Below, in pieces: positions 28,002 to 35,894 of a DNA stretch of 64,000 bases (its first letter is position 1; each line of letters starts with the position of its first letter). This stretch comes from a virus, in the IMG/VR virus record IMGVR_UViG_3300045988_173726, positions 1-64,000 of that record; one strand, written 5' to 3'. The translations under genes were made by a program, and so were the position numbers. The notes under the pieces were generated by a model. The model saw nothing but the letters and a program-made list of their open reading frames with translations, searched no databases and was not told the DNA's origin.

Positions 28002-28565
28002 TTGAGAAAGATAGCGGGGTTTCTTTTAGGGTTTGGGCTATCGGTGATAGCGGGGGCGTTAAGTAGCGCTCCCGCCTACGGAAAGACGCTGAATGTCGAT
28101 AGCATAGCGTTTATACGGGATAGCGGGGAAGTGATAGCAGATGAGAGCCGCTACGCGGGAACGAACACATTTTACGGGACAGCGATAAAGGCTTGCGGAT
28201 TAGAGGCAGAGTATAAGCGGAATAAGACGGGGTTATATCATTCACCGAGGCTTGTGCATGTAGACGGTGAGATAAAGCTGATTTCGGAGTTTAGCAACGA
28301 GTATCTGACAAAGACATGGTTTATGGACACGGATGGTCGGTGGTATGCGTTTGACAGGCAGGGGAATATGTTGCACGGGCTAATCGTAGACAGCACGCGA
28401 AATAATACGACATATATCCTAAGTCCAGAGCGAGCGGATTACGGGGCGCTTTGTCACACGAACGGGGTTTATAAGCTAAATGGGAAGCTTGTGTATCTGA
28501 TGTTCAATAACGTGCATGACGGTAGCTTTGGGGCGGTAATAACGGATTTGCGGGATAAGCTTTGA
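28002..28565 (+). CDS. Secreted protein with a cell-wall-binding-type repeat
   Basis: Signal peptide MRKIAGFLLGFGLSVIAGALSSAPAYG. WFMDTDGRWYAFDRQGNMLHGL resembles clostridial/choline-binding wall repeats. Confidence 0.55.
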   Translation: MRKIAGFLLGFGLSVIAGALSSAPAYGKTLNVDSIAFIRDSGEVIADESRYAGTNTFYGTAIKACGLEAEYKRNKTGLYHSPRLVHVDGEIKLISEFSNEYLTKTWFMDTDGRWYAFDRQGNMLHGLIVDSTRNNTTYILSPERADYGALCHTNGVYKLNGKLVYLMFNNVHDGSFGAVITDLRDKL

Positions 28566-28606
28566 GGTAGGGGCTTTAGGGGCGAGCGAGGGAATTTTGA
28601 TTTGAA

Positions 28607-28740
28607 GGGTGGGTCTGGGGGTCGGTTTTTGGGGGTCGTGCAAAGCACACGCGCAAAAATTTTTGCGGATTTTCAAAATTACTTGTAAAAATTTCAGCAT
28701 AACCATAGGAGTTTTTCGACAGTACTTTGACACCGAAAAA
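28607..28740 (+). repeat. Conserved intergenic module, member B
   Basis: GGGTGGGTCTGGGGGTCGGTTTTTGGGGGTCGTGC, then GCGCAAAAATTTTTGCGG, AAAATTAC, GTAAAAA and AGTACTTTGACAC. It is collinear with member A (11855-12010). The ORFs drawn through it lack an RBS. Confidence 0.6.
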
Positions 28741-28852
28741 TCGCCCATGAAGAGGTGTAGGCGGGGCTTGGCTAAATTTTTTACTCTTAGAAAATCGGGT
28801 ATAAGCAAGCCTTTGTCGGAGAGATAGACTAAGATTTCGGAGGATAACATTT

Positions 28853-29659
28853 ATGAAGAAGAAAGCATTTGTTTTAGCAGTTTCGGCGTGTGCGGTTCTT
28901 AGCCTTTCGGCGTGTGGCAGTAGGGCACGCGGGAAAGCGGAGACTACAAAGGCTACGGCGGGGGTTACAGTGAGTAGCGCGGCTTCAAGCGAAGTAGAGC
29001 AGGGAGAGAGCAGTTTATCGGAGAGCGAGAGTGTAAGTAGCGATACTACTGCGGTAGAGCAGGAAACGGTAGCAGAGACACAGGGAGCAATCACGAACAT
29101 GAGCGCCTTAGAGATGGCGGTTGGGTTTTCGGTAAACGATATAGAGTTTGACGACTTGAGTCGTAGGTATTTTAAGACGGAGAACGGCAATCTTGCGGAG
29201 ATATATCGCACAGGAGAGGGTCTTGCGGACGGAGAGGGCGTTTATATCCGAAAAGCGAAGGTTTCTGGTGCAGACATATCGGGTGATAGAGAAGAGTATT
29301 CGTTTTCCTCGGAGGATAAGTTTGGTAAGAGCGGGGTGACTGTGCGAGAGTATGGAGATGCCGAGGACCAGTATAACAAAGTGATTTGGCATATCGGGGG
29401 TTACAGCTATTCGATTACGCTAAAGGGTTTGTCGTTTAGTAATAGCCTGTTGCATTCGTATCTGGACAGCTATATTGACCGAGAGGTAGAGGCGGTAAAG
29501 ACAGATACGGAGCGGGATGAAGAGAAGAGAGCGGCAGGGGAGTCGAGCAGTGAAGAGGCGGCGCGTGGAGAAGAGGGAGTTAGTGGTTTATCCGAGAATC
29601 CGCTCATCACTACGATAGGCGGTGAGATTTCCGAGGAGACTTCGGGAGCAGAAAATTAA
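28853..29659 (+). CDS. Lipoprotein
   Basis: MKKKAFVLAVSACAVLSLSACGS carries a signal peptide with lipobox LSAC. It has S/E-rich linkers. RBS GGAGGA. Confidence 0.75.
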   Translation: MKKKAFVLAVSACAVLSLSACGSRARGKAETTKATAGVTVSSAASSEVEQGESSLSESESVSSDTTAVEQETVAETQGAITNMSALEMAVGFSVNDIEFDDLSRRYFKTENGNLAEIYRTGEGLADGEGVYIRKAKVSGADISGDREEYSFSSEDKFGKSGVTVREYGDAEDQYNKVIWHIGGYSYSITLKGLSFSNSLLHSYLDSYIDREVEAVKTDTERDEEKRAAGESSSEEAARGEEGVSGLSENPLITTIGGEISEETSGAEN

Positions 29660-29699
29660 AGGTTGAGTTTTGGGGCGCTTGCTAACAGTAAAATATCTG

Positions 29700-29728
29700 T
29701 TGACAGGCGCTCTATTAAATGCTAATAT
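29700..29728 (+). promoter_or_regulatory. Sigma-70-type promoter TTGACA-17-TAATAT
   Basis: TTGACA (29700-29705), a 17-nt spacer, then TAATAT (29723-29728). Confidence 0.7.
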
Positions 29729-29776
29729 TTAGATAGTTCGTTGGGTATTCTAGTAATAATAAGAGGAGATTTGGAG

Positions 29777-30277
29777 ATGAAGGGGACTAAGATGTATACG
29801 AAGCGGGAGAGACTGGAGTTTTCGGAGTTTCTTAAGACGCCGAGCGTTATGATTTCAAAGCGAGTTGAGAAGTACGCGGCGAGTGTCAAAGAGGCAGAGA
29901 GCTTTGTTGCGTTTGGAAGAGGTGTTTATAACGAGCTTTACGAGAAGTACGGTATGTTTGTTAGCTGTGACGTAAAGGAGTTAGTGACTCGTAGTTTTTC
30001 GGTTGTTCCGCAGGACATTGCGCTGGATATTGGGGCTTTGCGGTTTGTTTCGGGTGCGGTTGGGGAGCTTGGCTATCTGTGCTATGACCGTTCGATTGCG
30101 TGCCGTAAGGCAAAGGATGTGGAAGGGATGAAGGCTTACGCTGTGGTGAGTGCAAAGGCGACCGAGCTTGCGTATGACTTGCGTTCGCTTCTTTCGGATG
30201 TGAGAGAACTCTATGCCCGTGTAAAGCGTCTGTATGTGTTAAAGGCAGGACTTAACTTGAGCGAATTAGAGGTCTAA
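29777..30277 (+). CDS. Hypothetical protein (start moved to ATG 29777)
   Basis: ATG 29777 is in frame with the track ORF 29741-30277 and is preceded by AAGAGGAG (29761-29768). The promoter -10 ends at 29728, so the TTG at 29741 is unlikely. Confidence 0.6.
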   Translation: MKGTKMYTKRERLEFSEFLKTPSVMISKRVEKYAASVKEAESFVAFGRGVYNELYEKYGMFVSCDVKELVTRSFSVVPQDIALDIGALRFVSGAVGELGYLCYDRSIACRKAKDVEGMKAYAVVSAKATELAYDLRSLLSDVRELYARVKRLYVLKAGLNLSELEV

Positions 30278-30294
30278 GGTTATGGGGGTCGTTT

Positions 30295-30648
30295 ATGAGT
30301 GAGCAGGACATAAAACTTATTAAGCAGTTTTTACTGTATCGGGAGTATTTGTCACAGGTTAGTCGTAAGGAAGCAGAGCAGATTCTTCGGCGTAGCGGTA
30401 ACTTAATGGGGATTATAGCTAACGCCTATCTTCAAGTGGAAGCCTATAATAAGATGGGTCGTCCCGTGCAGATGGGGGTTGTTCTGACTGCGCTAAAGGA
30501 GTGTAAGCGGGTGATACACCGTGACAGGGTGATAGCGTATCGTAACGAGTTAATAAGGACAGAGTATATGCGCGGGGCAAGTAAGCAGAGCCTTGCGGCT
30601 AAGTACGGTATCACTTCGATGACGGTTAAAACAGCGCTCGGGGGCTAA
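30295..30648 (+). CDS. Small HTH protein resembling sigma-70 region 4
   Basis: C-terminal RNELIRTEYMRGASKQSLAAKYGITSMTVKTALGG has the layout of a region-4 / LuxR-type helix-turn-helix. Confidence 0.45.
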   Translation: MSEQDIKLIKQFLLYREYLSQVSRKEAEQILRRSGNLMGIIANAYLQVEAYNKMGRPVQMGVVLTALKECKRVIHRDRVIAYRNELIRTEYMRGASKQSLAAKYGITSMTVKTALGG

Positions 30649-30652
30649 GTTT

Positions 30653-31267
30653 ATGGGTCGCTTTGACGAGAGGCGGGAGCGGGTAAGGAGTATTCCGATT
30701 CCAGATTATGTGGAGAAGGTAATAGTTCCCGAGATGCCGTGGTATTTTTCGGATTATACGGTGGACTTTGAGGTGCGTCCTGTCATTAAATGCCCGCTTC
30801 ACGGAGAGGATACGCCGTCATTTCGGTGGTATTCCGACACGAACACTTTTTACTGCTTCGGTTGCGGTAAAGGTGGGGACATAGTAAGCCTAGATATAGA
30901 GTTTCGCGGTCAGTCTGGTGATAAGATAACGCTTTCTGATTCGCTGGATTTCTTAGAGTCGGTCTTTTCGATAGACGGAGCAGTAGCTACGAGTCCAGTT
31001 AAGAATACGACAAAGATAGCGAGTAAGGGTAAGGTAGCCAGACTAAACGAGCAAAGCAATATAGAGCTTCTAAAGTTTAGCCGAGTCTATGGGGAGATAG
31101 ACAAGGCGGTAATAAAGAGTGACTTGCCGTTTACGGTTAGAGCGACTTTATATAAGTGTCTGGATGACGCAGGGAGACTCGTAAAGGATAATTTGGTAAG
31201 TGCTACGGACGCATTAGAGTATATCCGAGAGGTTTATCGGGAGTTAAGTGATGGCAGAGGTGAGTAG
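30653..31267 (+). CDS. Stand-alone primase CHC2 zinc-finger protein
   Basis: CPLHGEDTPSFRWYSDTNTFYCFGCGKGGDIVSL matches the DnaG-type zf-CHC2 signature. No Toprim or RNA-polymerase domain follows within its 204 aa. Confidence 0.75.
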   Translation: MGRFDERRERVRSIPIPDYVEKVIVPEMPWYFSDYTVDFEVRPVIKCPLHGEDTPSFRWYSDTNTFYCFGCGKGGDIVSLDIEFRGQSGDKITLSDSLDFLESVFSIDGAVATSPVKNTTKIASKGKVARLNEQSNIELLKFSRVYGEIDKAVIKSDLPFTVRATLYKCLDDAGRLVKDNLVSATDALEYIREVYRELSDGRGE

Positions 31268-32180
31268 TTGCATACGGTATGCAGGGAGTAAGAGCAGGGT
31301 TGCGGATTTAATCATGGACAGGCTTCCAGACGGGATAGAGGATTGGAGAGAGCCGTTTTTTGGGAGTGGTGCTGTTACGATTCGGTTTTTGCAGGATGCA
31401 AGAAAGTCGGCAAAGTGTAAGAGAATCGTGGTAAACGACCTGTATTACGAAGTATATGCGCTCTGGAAGTGTGTACAGGAGAATCCGAGTAAGCTTGTAG
31501 AGACAGTAGTCGGGTTTATGGAGAAGTTTTGTCCGAAACAGCGGGAGCTTACGGAGAGACTGCTTTCGGGCGCGGAAGAGGAAGCCGCTATCGAGGACGG
31601 TCGGACACTCTGGGCATGGGCTAGAGAGCGGGAGACGATAGAGAGTCTTTCTTTTTATGAGAGAGCGGCAAGGTTTTATATCGTGAATCACATCTCGTTT
31701 AGCGCTCTGGGCGACAGTGCTTCATTTAGTGCGCCGATGCTAAAGAAATTTAATTTAGGCTTGACACAACAGATATTTGATGTGAGCAAAATATTACAGA
31801 GAGCCGAGATATATAACGAGAGTTTTGAAAGTGTCCTAAAGGATACGAACGATAATAGCTTTACTTTCCTTGACCCGCCTTATTTTTCGCAGGAAACGGT
31901 AGCTCCTATGTACGGTTTTCGCGGTAGTATGCACGCAGGGTTTCGGCATGAGGATTTTCTTCGTGTGTGCAAAGAGATTAAAGGTAAGTTTCTAATCACA
32001 TATGACGATAGTTTACAGGTTAGGCGGTTGTTTAAGGAATCTGGATTTTATATTGAGCCTTATAGTATGACTTATACGATTGCGGTTAAGAGCGTAGAGA
32101 CAGCGCTTGCGGGGGAGGAATTGTTTATTTCAAACTACAAAGCGAAGTCTACGGTTCTTTTGGATGACGATATTCTTTGA
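31248..32180 (+). CDS. dam: Dam-type (D12 class) N6-adenine DNA methyltransferase
   Basis: Motifs: RYAGSKSR, EPFFGSGAV (SAM-binding FxGxG), FLDPPYF (DPPY catalytic motif). Confidence 0.8.
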   Translation: MMAEVSSCIRYAGSKSRVADLIMDRLPDGIEDWREPFFGSGAVTIRFLQDARKSAKCKRIVVNDLYYEVYALWKCVQENPSKLVETVVGFMEKFCPKQRELTERLLSGAEEEAAIEDGRTLWAWARERETIESLSFYERAARFYIVNHISFSALGDSASFSAPMLKKFNLGLTQQIFDVSKILQRAEIYNESFESVLKDTNDNSFTFLDPPYFSQETVAPMYGFRGSMHAGFRHEDFLRVCKEIKGKFLITYDDSLQVRRLFKESGFYIEPYSMTYTIAVKSVETALAGEELFISNYKAKSTVLLDDDIL

Positions 32181-32196
32181 AGGAGAAGAGAAGAAA

Positions 32197-33810
32197 ATGC
32201 TTGCTATTAGAGAAGTAATTTTAGACGAGAAGTTAAATGAGGTTGCCTATGTAGTAAGTGGCACGATGCAGGAGTTTGGGGATGGAGAGTCTTGTAAAGA
32301 GACGCGGCGCGTCCTTAATGTCGATGATTTGGTTAAGAATCACAAAGATGTGACCCCGTTTGTTTCTTATGCGTCTGGAAAGCTTGAGTTTCCGATTGTT
32401 AGGGGTTCTCATTATAGGAGAGTGGTCGAGCATGTTTATGTGACGAGTCACGATGGTATTAAAGAGATAAAGGCAGAGATTAAGATTATCGGGCGGTTAA
32501 AGAAGAGGACAGGCACATTTAGTAATCCGCGACTGTCTAATCCCATAGGCTATAGGATTGAAGTTGAGGGAAAGGTAACTGATGTTGCAGGCGCAGACCT
32601 TTTTCGACTTAGCCGTTGGATGCCGATTGCGGGTGGTTTGCAAGTGATATGCGTGCAGAAAATCGGGGGATTTTATTATTCCGTGAATGGCGCGGTAGAT
32701 AATATTATCGTAGGGGACGGCGATGTGGCTTATGATAGTAACATAGTCGTAGAAGATACGGGCAGTATCGGGGAGTTCATTAAGTTTATCGCGTCACAGA
32801 ACGGAACGATTGCGGTAAAGCGTCCGTTTGATACGGGGTCGTTATCAGATAGTCTTGTTGTAGAGGGCATTTCGGAGTATGAAATCGCAGAGCCGAAGCT
32901 TGTTTGCGCTCTGGACAGAATGACTTTATCGTTAAAGACAAAGCGTTCTATTAATGTACGGTTTTCGGATGGTTGTAAAGTTTACCCGTTAAATATTAGC
33001 GGTGAGTTTACACTGGTTAAGGATGGAGAGCTTGTAGTTAGGAATATGCTTGTTATTTTCCCGAAGAAAGACGCAATCCGTGCGATTACAGAGAAGTACG
33101 GAAAGTATCTGCTGATTCAGCCTGTCAAGGGAAGTAAGCTGGTAGGCGGTGAGGTTTATAGTATTGGTATTTTCGGCATTGCGGTAACAAACGGCTTGGC
33201 TAGTTACAGTAAGATTAGACCTGTTACGGTTGCGAAGTATTGTGCGGAGAAGCATAAGGTATCCACGCAGATGACTGCTGTTAAGCTGGAGATTTGCGAG
33301 GCAAGCCCTGTTAGAAGTGCTGTGATTCCGTATGACGGTGGAAATGATGCAGAGTTGTCGCGCCTTAGAGGTGTGGGTGTCGATACGATGTCTGGAAATC
33401 TTAAAGTGACGGGCGAGGCAGAGAAGAGTGGTGTCGGAGTTCGGTTTGAGTATGAGGCAGAGAATGTATCTGTTCCCGAAGCGGTAAAGAGTGGCAGTCT
33501 TAAAGAGCTTGAGGCTCGGTATGAAGAGCTTTCAAAGCAGTATGCAGAGCTTGAGCTTACGCTTTGGCTGATTGCGCACAGTCGTTTTGCGTCTGGTAGT
33601 GCGGGTAAGTATGCCAGCTTTTATGCGCCGTCATGGGGCTTAAAGTATGTCGGGGAAGAGCGTAGTATGCACGCCTATGAGACGAACGAGGAAGGCTTTA
33701 GACTATTAATTAACGGGGAGGTTGTGACGGAGGATAGAGCAGTTTTAGCGGCTCGTAAGGGTAAAGGCAGAAAGCGTGGTAGACCGAGAAAGGACGCGGT
33801 ATTAGCTTAA
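32197..33810 (+). CDS. N-module protein, paralog of 34123-35778, with a C-terminal AT-hook (start moved to ATG 32197)
   Basis: RBS AAGGAGAAGAG directly after the dam stop. The N-terminus MLAIREVILDEKLNEVAYVVSG... is module-like. Shared blocks with the paralog include MLVIFPKKDAIRAITEKYGKYLLIQPVK versus FSVAFPKESGAKFAEYYKGVLTLTPVK. The tail is GRKRGRPRK (33766-33792). Confidence 0.75.
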   Translation: MLAIREVILDEKLNEVAYVVSGTMQEFGDGESCKETRRVLNVDDLVKNHKDVTPFVSYASGKLEFPIVRGSHYRRVVEHVYVTSHDGIKEIKAEIKIIGRLKKRTGTFSNPRLSNPIGYRIEVEGKVTDVAGADLFRLSRWMPIAGGLQVICVQKIGGFYYSVNGAVDNIIVGDGDVAYDSNIVVEDTGSIGEFIKFIASQNGTIAVKRPFDTGSLSDSLVVEGISEYEIAEPKLVCALDRMTLSLKTKRSINVRFSDGCKVYPLNISGEFTLVKDGELVVRNMLVIFPKKDAIRAITEKYGKYLLIQPVKGSKLVGGEVYSIGIFGIAVTNGLASYSKIRPVTVAKYCAEKHKVSTQMTAVKLEICEASPVRSAVIPYDGGNDAELSRLRGVGVDTMSGNLKVTGEAEKSGVGVRFEYEAENVSVPEAVKSGSLKELEARYEELSKQYAELELTLWLIAHSRFASGSAGKYASFYAPSWGLKYVGEERSMHAYETNEEGFRLLINGEVVTEDRAVLAARKGKGRKRGRPRKDAVLA

Positions 33811-33962
33811 GGAATAGCTGTGAGTGATTTCGTGAAAAGTCTAGCAGAGAAGAAGTAAGACGATGGGGCAAGTGTATTTGCCCCTCAAATCGCCCGTTTA
33901 AGACGCATTAGGCTGTAGGATGGTATCTTGTAGCCTAGTCGCCTTTCAGTTCGTTTCTGGGC

Positions 33963-34086
33963 GGTCTGGTGGCTCACAGGGCATCTCTAGGGACGCGAGG
34001 TTCAGGTCGGTTTTAGCGGGGTCAGCGGTCTAAAGTTTCCCGAGGCAGACGCTTTTTTGTACCAAATCCTGTTTATCGGGTATAAA
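33963..34086 (+). repeat. Conserved intergenic module, member D (includes a promoter)
   Basis: GGTCTGGTGG (33963-33972) and GGTCGGTTTTAGCGGGGTCAGCGG (34005-34028) resemble GGTCTGGGGGTCGGTTTTTGGGGGTCGTGC of member B. The module ends in TTGTAC-18-TATAAA. Confidence 0.5.
34057..34086 (+). promoter_or_regulatory. Promoter with a GTAC-type -35: TTGTAC-18-TATAAA
   Basis: TTGTAC (34057-34062), an 18-nt spacer, then TATAAA (34081-34086). The gene start at 34123 is preceded by GGAGGT. Confidence 0.55.
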
Positions 34087-34122
34087 TTTTGGCACAGGTT
34101 TAGAAGTACGGAGGTATTGGAG

Positions 34123-35778
34123 ATGTCAGATAAAGTTAGGCTGTCGGCAACTGGGGTTGTTGTCAATGGGACAGGAAATCTTCTCGGGTTTATGGTGACG
34201 GATGGGAAGGCTACGCAGGCTGTACCGCTTGATTCGCTTAGAAGAAATGGAGTCGTTTTAGCGGGTCAGATAGACTTTAGAGGCGGTAAGTTTAGGCTTA
34301 TGACAGGGTTTAGCCTAAAGGATTTGCCTATGCTTCGGCTTGGAAAAGACGGCACGACACAGTTTGTGGATAATACGATGCGTGTTGTGGCTCGTATTAC
34401 GGAGAACGGAGAGTTAAAGGGGTATCGTGTATCGTATCTGGATGTAACGCTTAATTTAGCTATGTCGGATTTGCGGAGGCTTGCGAGTTGGTTTAGACTT
34501 GATGGGTATGCGGTTCGTAAGGGCGATGAGGGGTATCATCTGGTAGGTTTAAGTGGAAACTCGGTGCTTAAGCTTAGAGAGATAGCGCTTAATGCAAAGA
34601 AAGACGCGCGGGAGAACGCTCCTGTAAAGGGTAGCGCGGTAAGTATCGTAGAAATTATCCGAAAGGTAAATGATTTTGGCGGTAAGGTCGTGTTGTTTAA
34701 CAGTGACGAGAAACCGACTATTGGAGAGATACGGGCTACTACGGCGAGCGGGTTTACTTCGTTAAAGCTTGGCGAGGTAGGTTCTTCTTCCTTGCAGTAT
34801 TCGGAGCATAAGTTAAATGCTTCTATCCTGTTTCGGGAGTATGGCATTGTAACGGTAGAGATTAAGGAAGAGGGCAGGGTGTTGCAAGTACCTGCATATA
34901 AGCTTAGAAGCAGGGTCATCTTAAAGGACGGCAAGATAAACATACCCAAGTTTTCCGTGGCGTTTCCGAAAGAGAGCGGAGCAAAGTTTGCGGAGTATTA
35001 TAAGGGAGTGCTTACGCTAACGCCAGTCAAGTCAACGCCTATGGAGAGTGCGTTAGGTAGCGAGTTTAGCTGTATGTATCAGATAGATACAGGGGAGCTT
35101 ACGCTTGTCACGCAGGAGAAGATTAAGCGGGAAATTCTAAGTGTGTCGGATGTAGCAAACATGGCGAAGGCTTTGATTTGCACAAAGGCGGCGATTTCGT
35201 ATCTGAACGCAAGGGTTTATGAGGTAGCAGGCGAGCAGGAAGAGGGGCTTTACGCGCCGTATCGGAAGTATTCCGAGGTAGAGAGGAACTATATCGGAGC
35301 GGCTGGGGTGAATTTAAGCACAGGCGCATATACGGCAACGGAGGCTTTAACTACGGTAATTCCCGCGAAGGAGAGCATTTTTGTGGAGTATTCGGTAGCG
35401 GGGTTTAAGAGTGCGCCGAGCGCGTCACAGATAGCGAGCGGTAAAGCGGAGAAGTTTATTACGCCAGAGTTTAGGGAAGTGATAAACGAGTATGAGCGCC
35501 TAAAGGGGAATCCTTTTGAAGAGCCTAGACCGGAGGTATTAGAGTATCTAAAGAAGAAGCTAGCTTTCTTTAAGAAGAGAAAAGAGGGATATATCAAGTA
35601 TCTTTGGGAGCATAACACAGCAATGTTTGCAAACGGAGACTATAAACTGCTACGCGGTGACGGTTTTTCTGGCTTAAAGGCGGTAAAGACTGGGGAGACG
35701 AAAGCGGGAAAGTATACCGAGTATAGCGATAGCGAGACAGGTTTAAGCGTAAAGGTATTTAATACAGTCCTAGGCTAA
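34123..35778 (+). CDS. Protein with two tandem N-modules, paralog of 32197-33810 (start moved to ATG 34123)
   Basis: Module 1: LSATGVVVNGTGNLLGFMVTDGKATQAVPLDSLRRNGVVLAGQIDFRGGKFRLMTGFSLKDLPML. Module 2: VVARITENGELKGYRVSYLDVTLNLAMSDLRRLASWFRLDGYAV. Confidence 0.75.
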   Translation: MSDKVRLSATGVVVNGTGNLLGFMVTDGKATQAVPLDSLRRNGVVLAGQIDFRGGKFRLMTGFSLKDLPMLRLGKDGTTQFVDNTMRVVARITENGELKGYRVSYLDVTLNLAMSDLRRLASWFRLDGYAVRKGDEGYHLVGLSGNSVLKLREIALNAKKDARENAPVKGSAVSIVEIIRKVNDFGGKVVLFNSDEKPTIGEIRATTASGFTSLKLGEVGSSSLQYSEHKLNASILFREYGIVTVEIKEEGRVLQVPAYKLRSRVILKDGKINIPKFSVAFPKESGAKFAEYYKGVLTLTPVKSTPMESALGSEFSCMYQIDTGELTLVTQEKIKREILSVSDVANMAKALICTKAAISYLNARVYEVAGEQEEGLYAPYRKYSEVERNYIGAAGVNLSTGAYTATEALTTVIPAKESIFVEYSVAGFKSAPSASQIASGKAEKFITPEFREVINEYERLKGNPFEEPRPEVLEYLKKKLAFFKKRKEGYIKYLWEHNTAMFANGDYKLLRGDGFSGLKAVKTGETKAGKYTEYSDSETGLSVKVFNTVLG

Positions 35779-35842
35779 GAGGAGCAACGAACAAAGGCAT
35801 AACAAACATATGTGCAATAAACATAGGCGTGACAAACGGGTG

Positions 35843-35876
35843 GCTGTCTGGCTTTAATTGAGCCAGACAGCTATTT
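35843..35876 (+). terminator. Hairpin terminator candidate
   Basis: GCTGTCTGGCT pairs with AGCCAGACAGC around a 7-nt loop, followed by TATTTAAG (a weak T tract). Confidence 0.5.
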
Positions 35877-35894
35877 AAGACGGAGTAGACGAAG

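Noticed and set aside
28576-28850. ORFs drawn through the 28.6-28.85 kb spacer (28609-28827 +, 28476-28850 -, 28576-29211 -).
   Set aside because: The region is collinear with the non-coding spacer at 11855-12034 and consists of G-runs and A/T-runs. No RBS or coding-like composition is visible.
33865-33884. Hairpin GGGGCA-AGTGTATT-TGCCCC after 32197-33810 as a terminator.
   Set aside because: No T-tract follows (TCAAATCG). I kept it only as part of the structured spacer and did not call it a terminator.
33811-34056. A tRNA, tmRNA or other classical RNA gene in the structured spacers (33.8-34.1 kb, 52.4-52.8 kb, 11.8-12.0 kb).
   Set aside because: There is no cloverleaf arrangement and no GTTCGAATC-type T-loop with matching acceptor stems. 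GGTTCAGGTCGG at about 34000 lacks a complementary T-stem.
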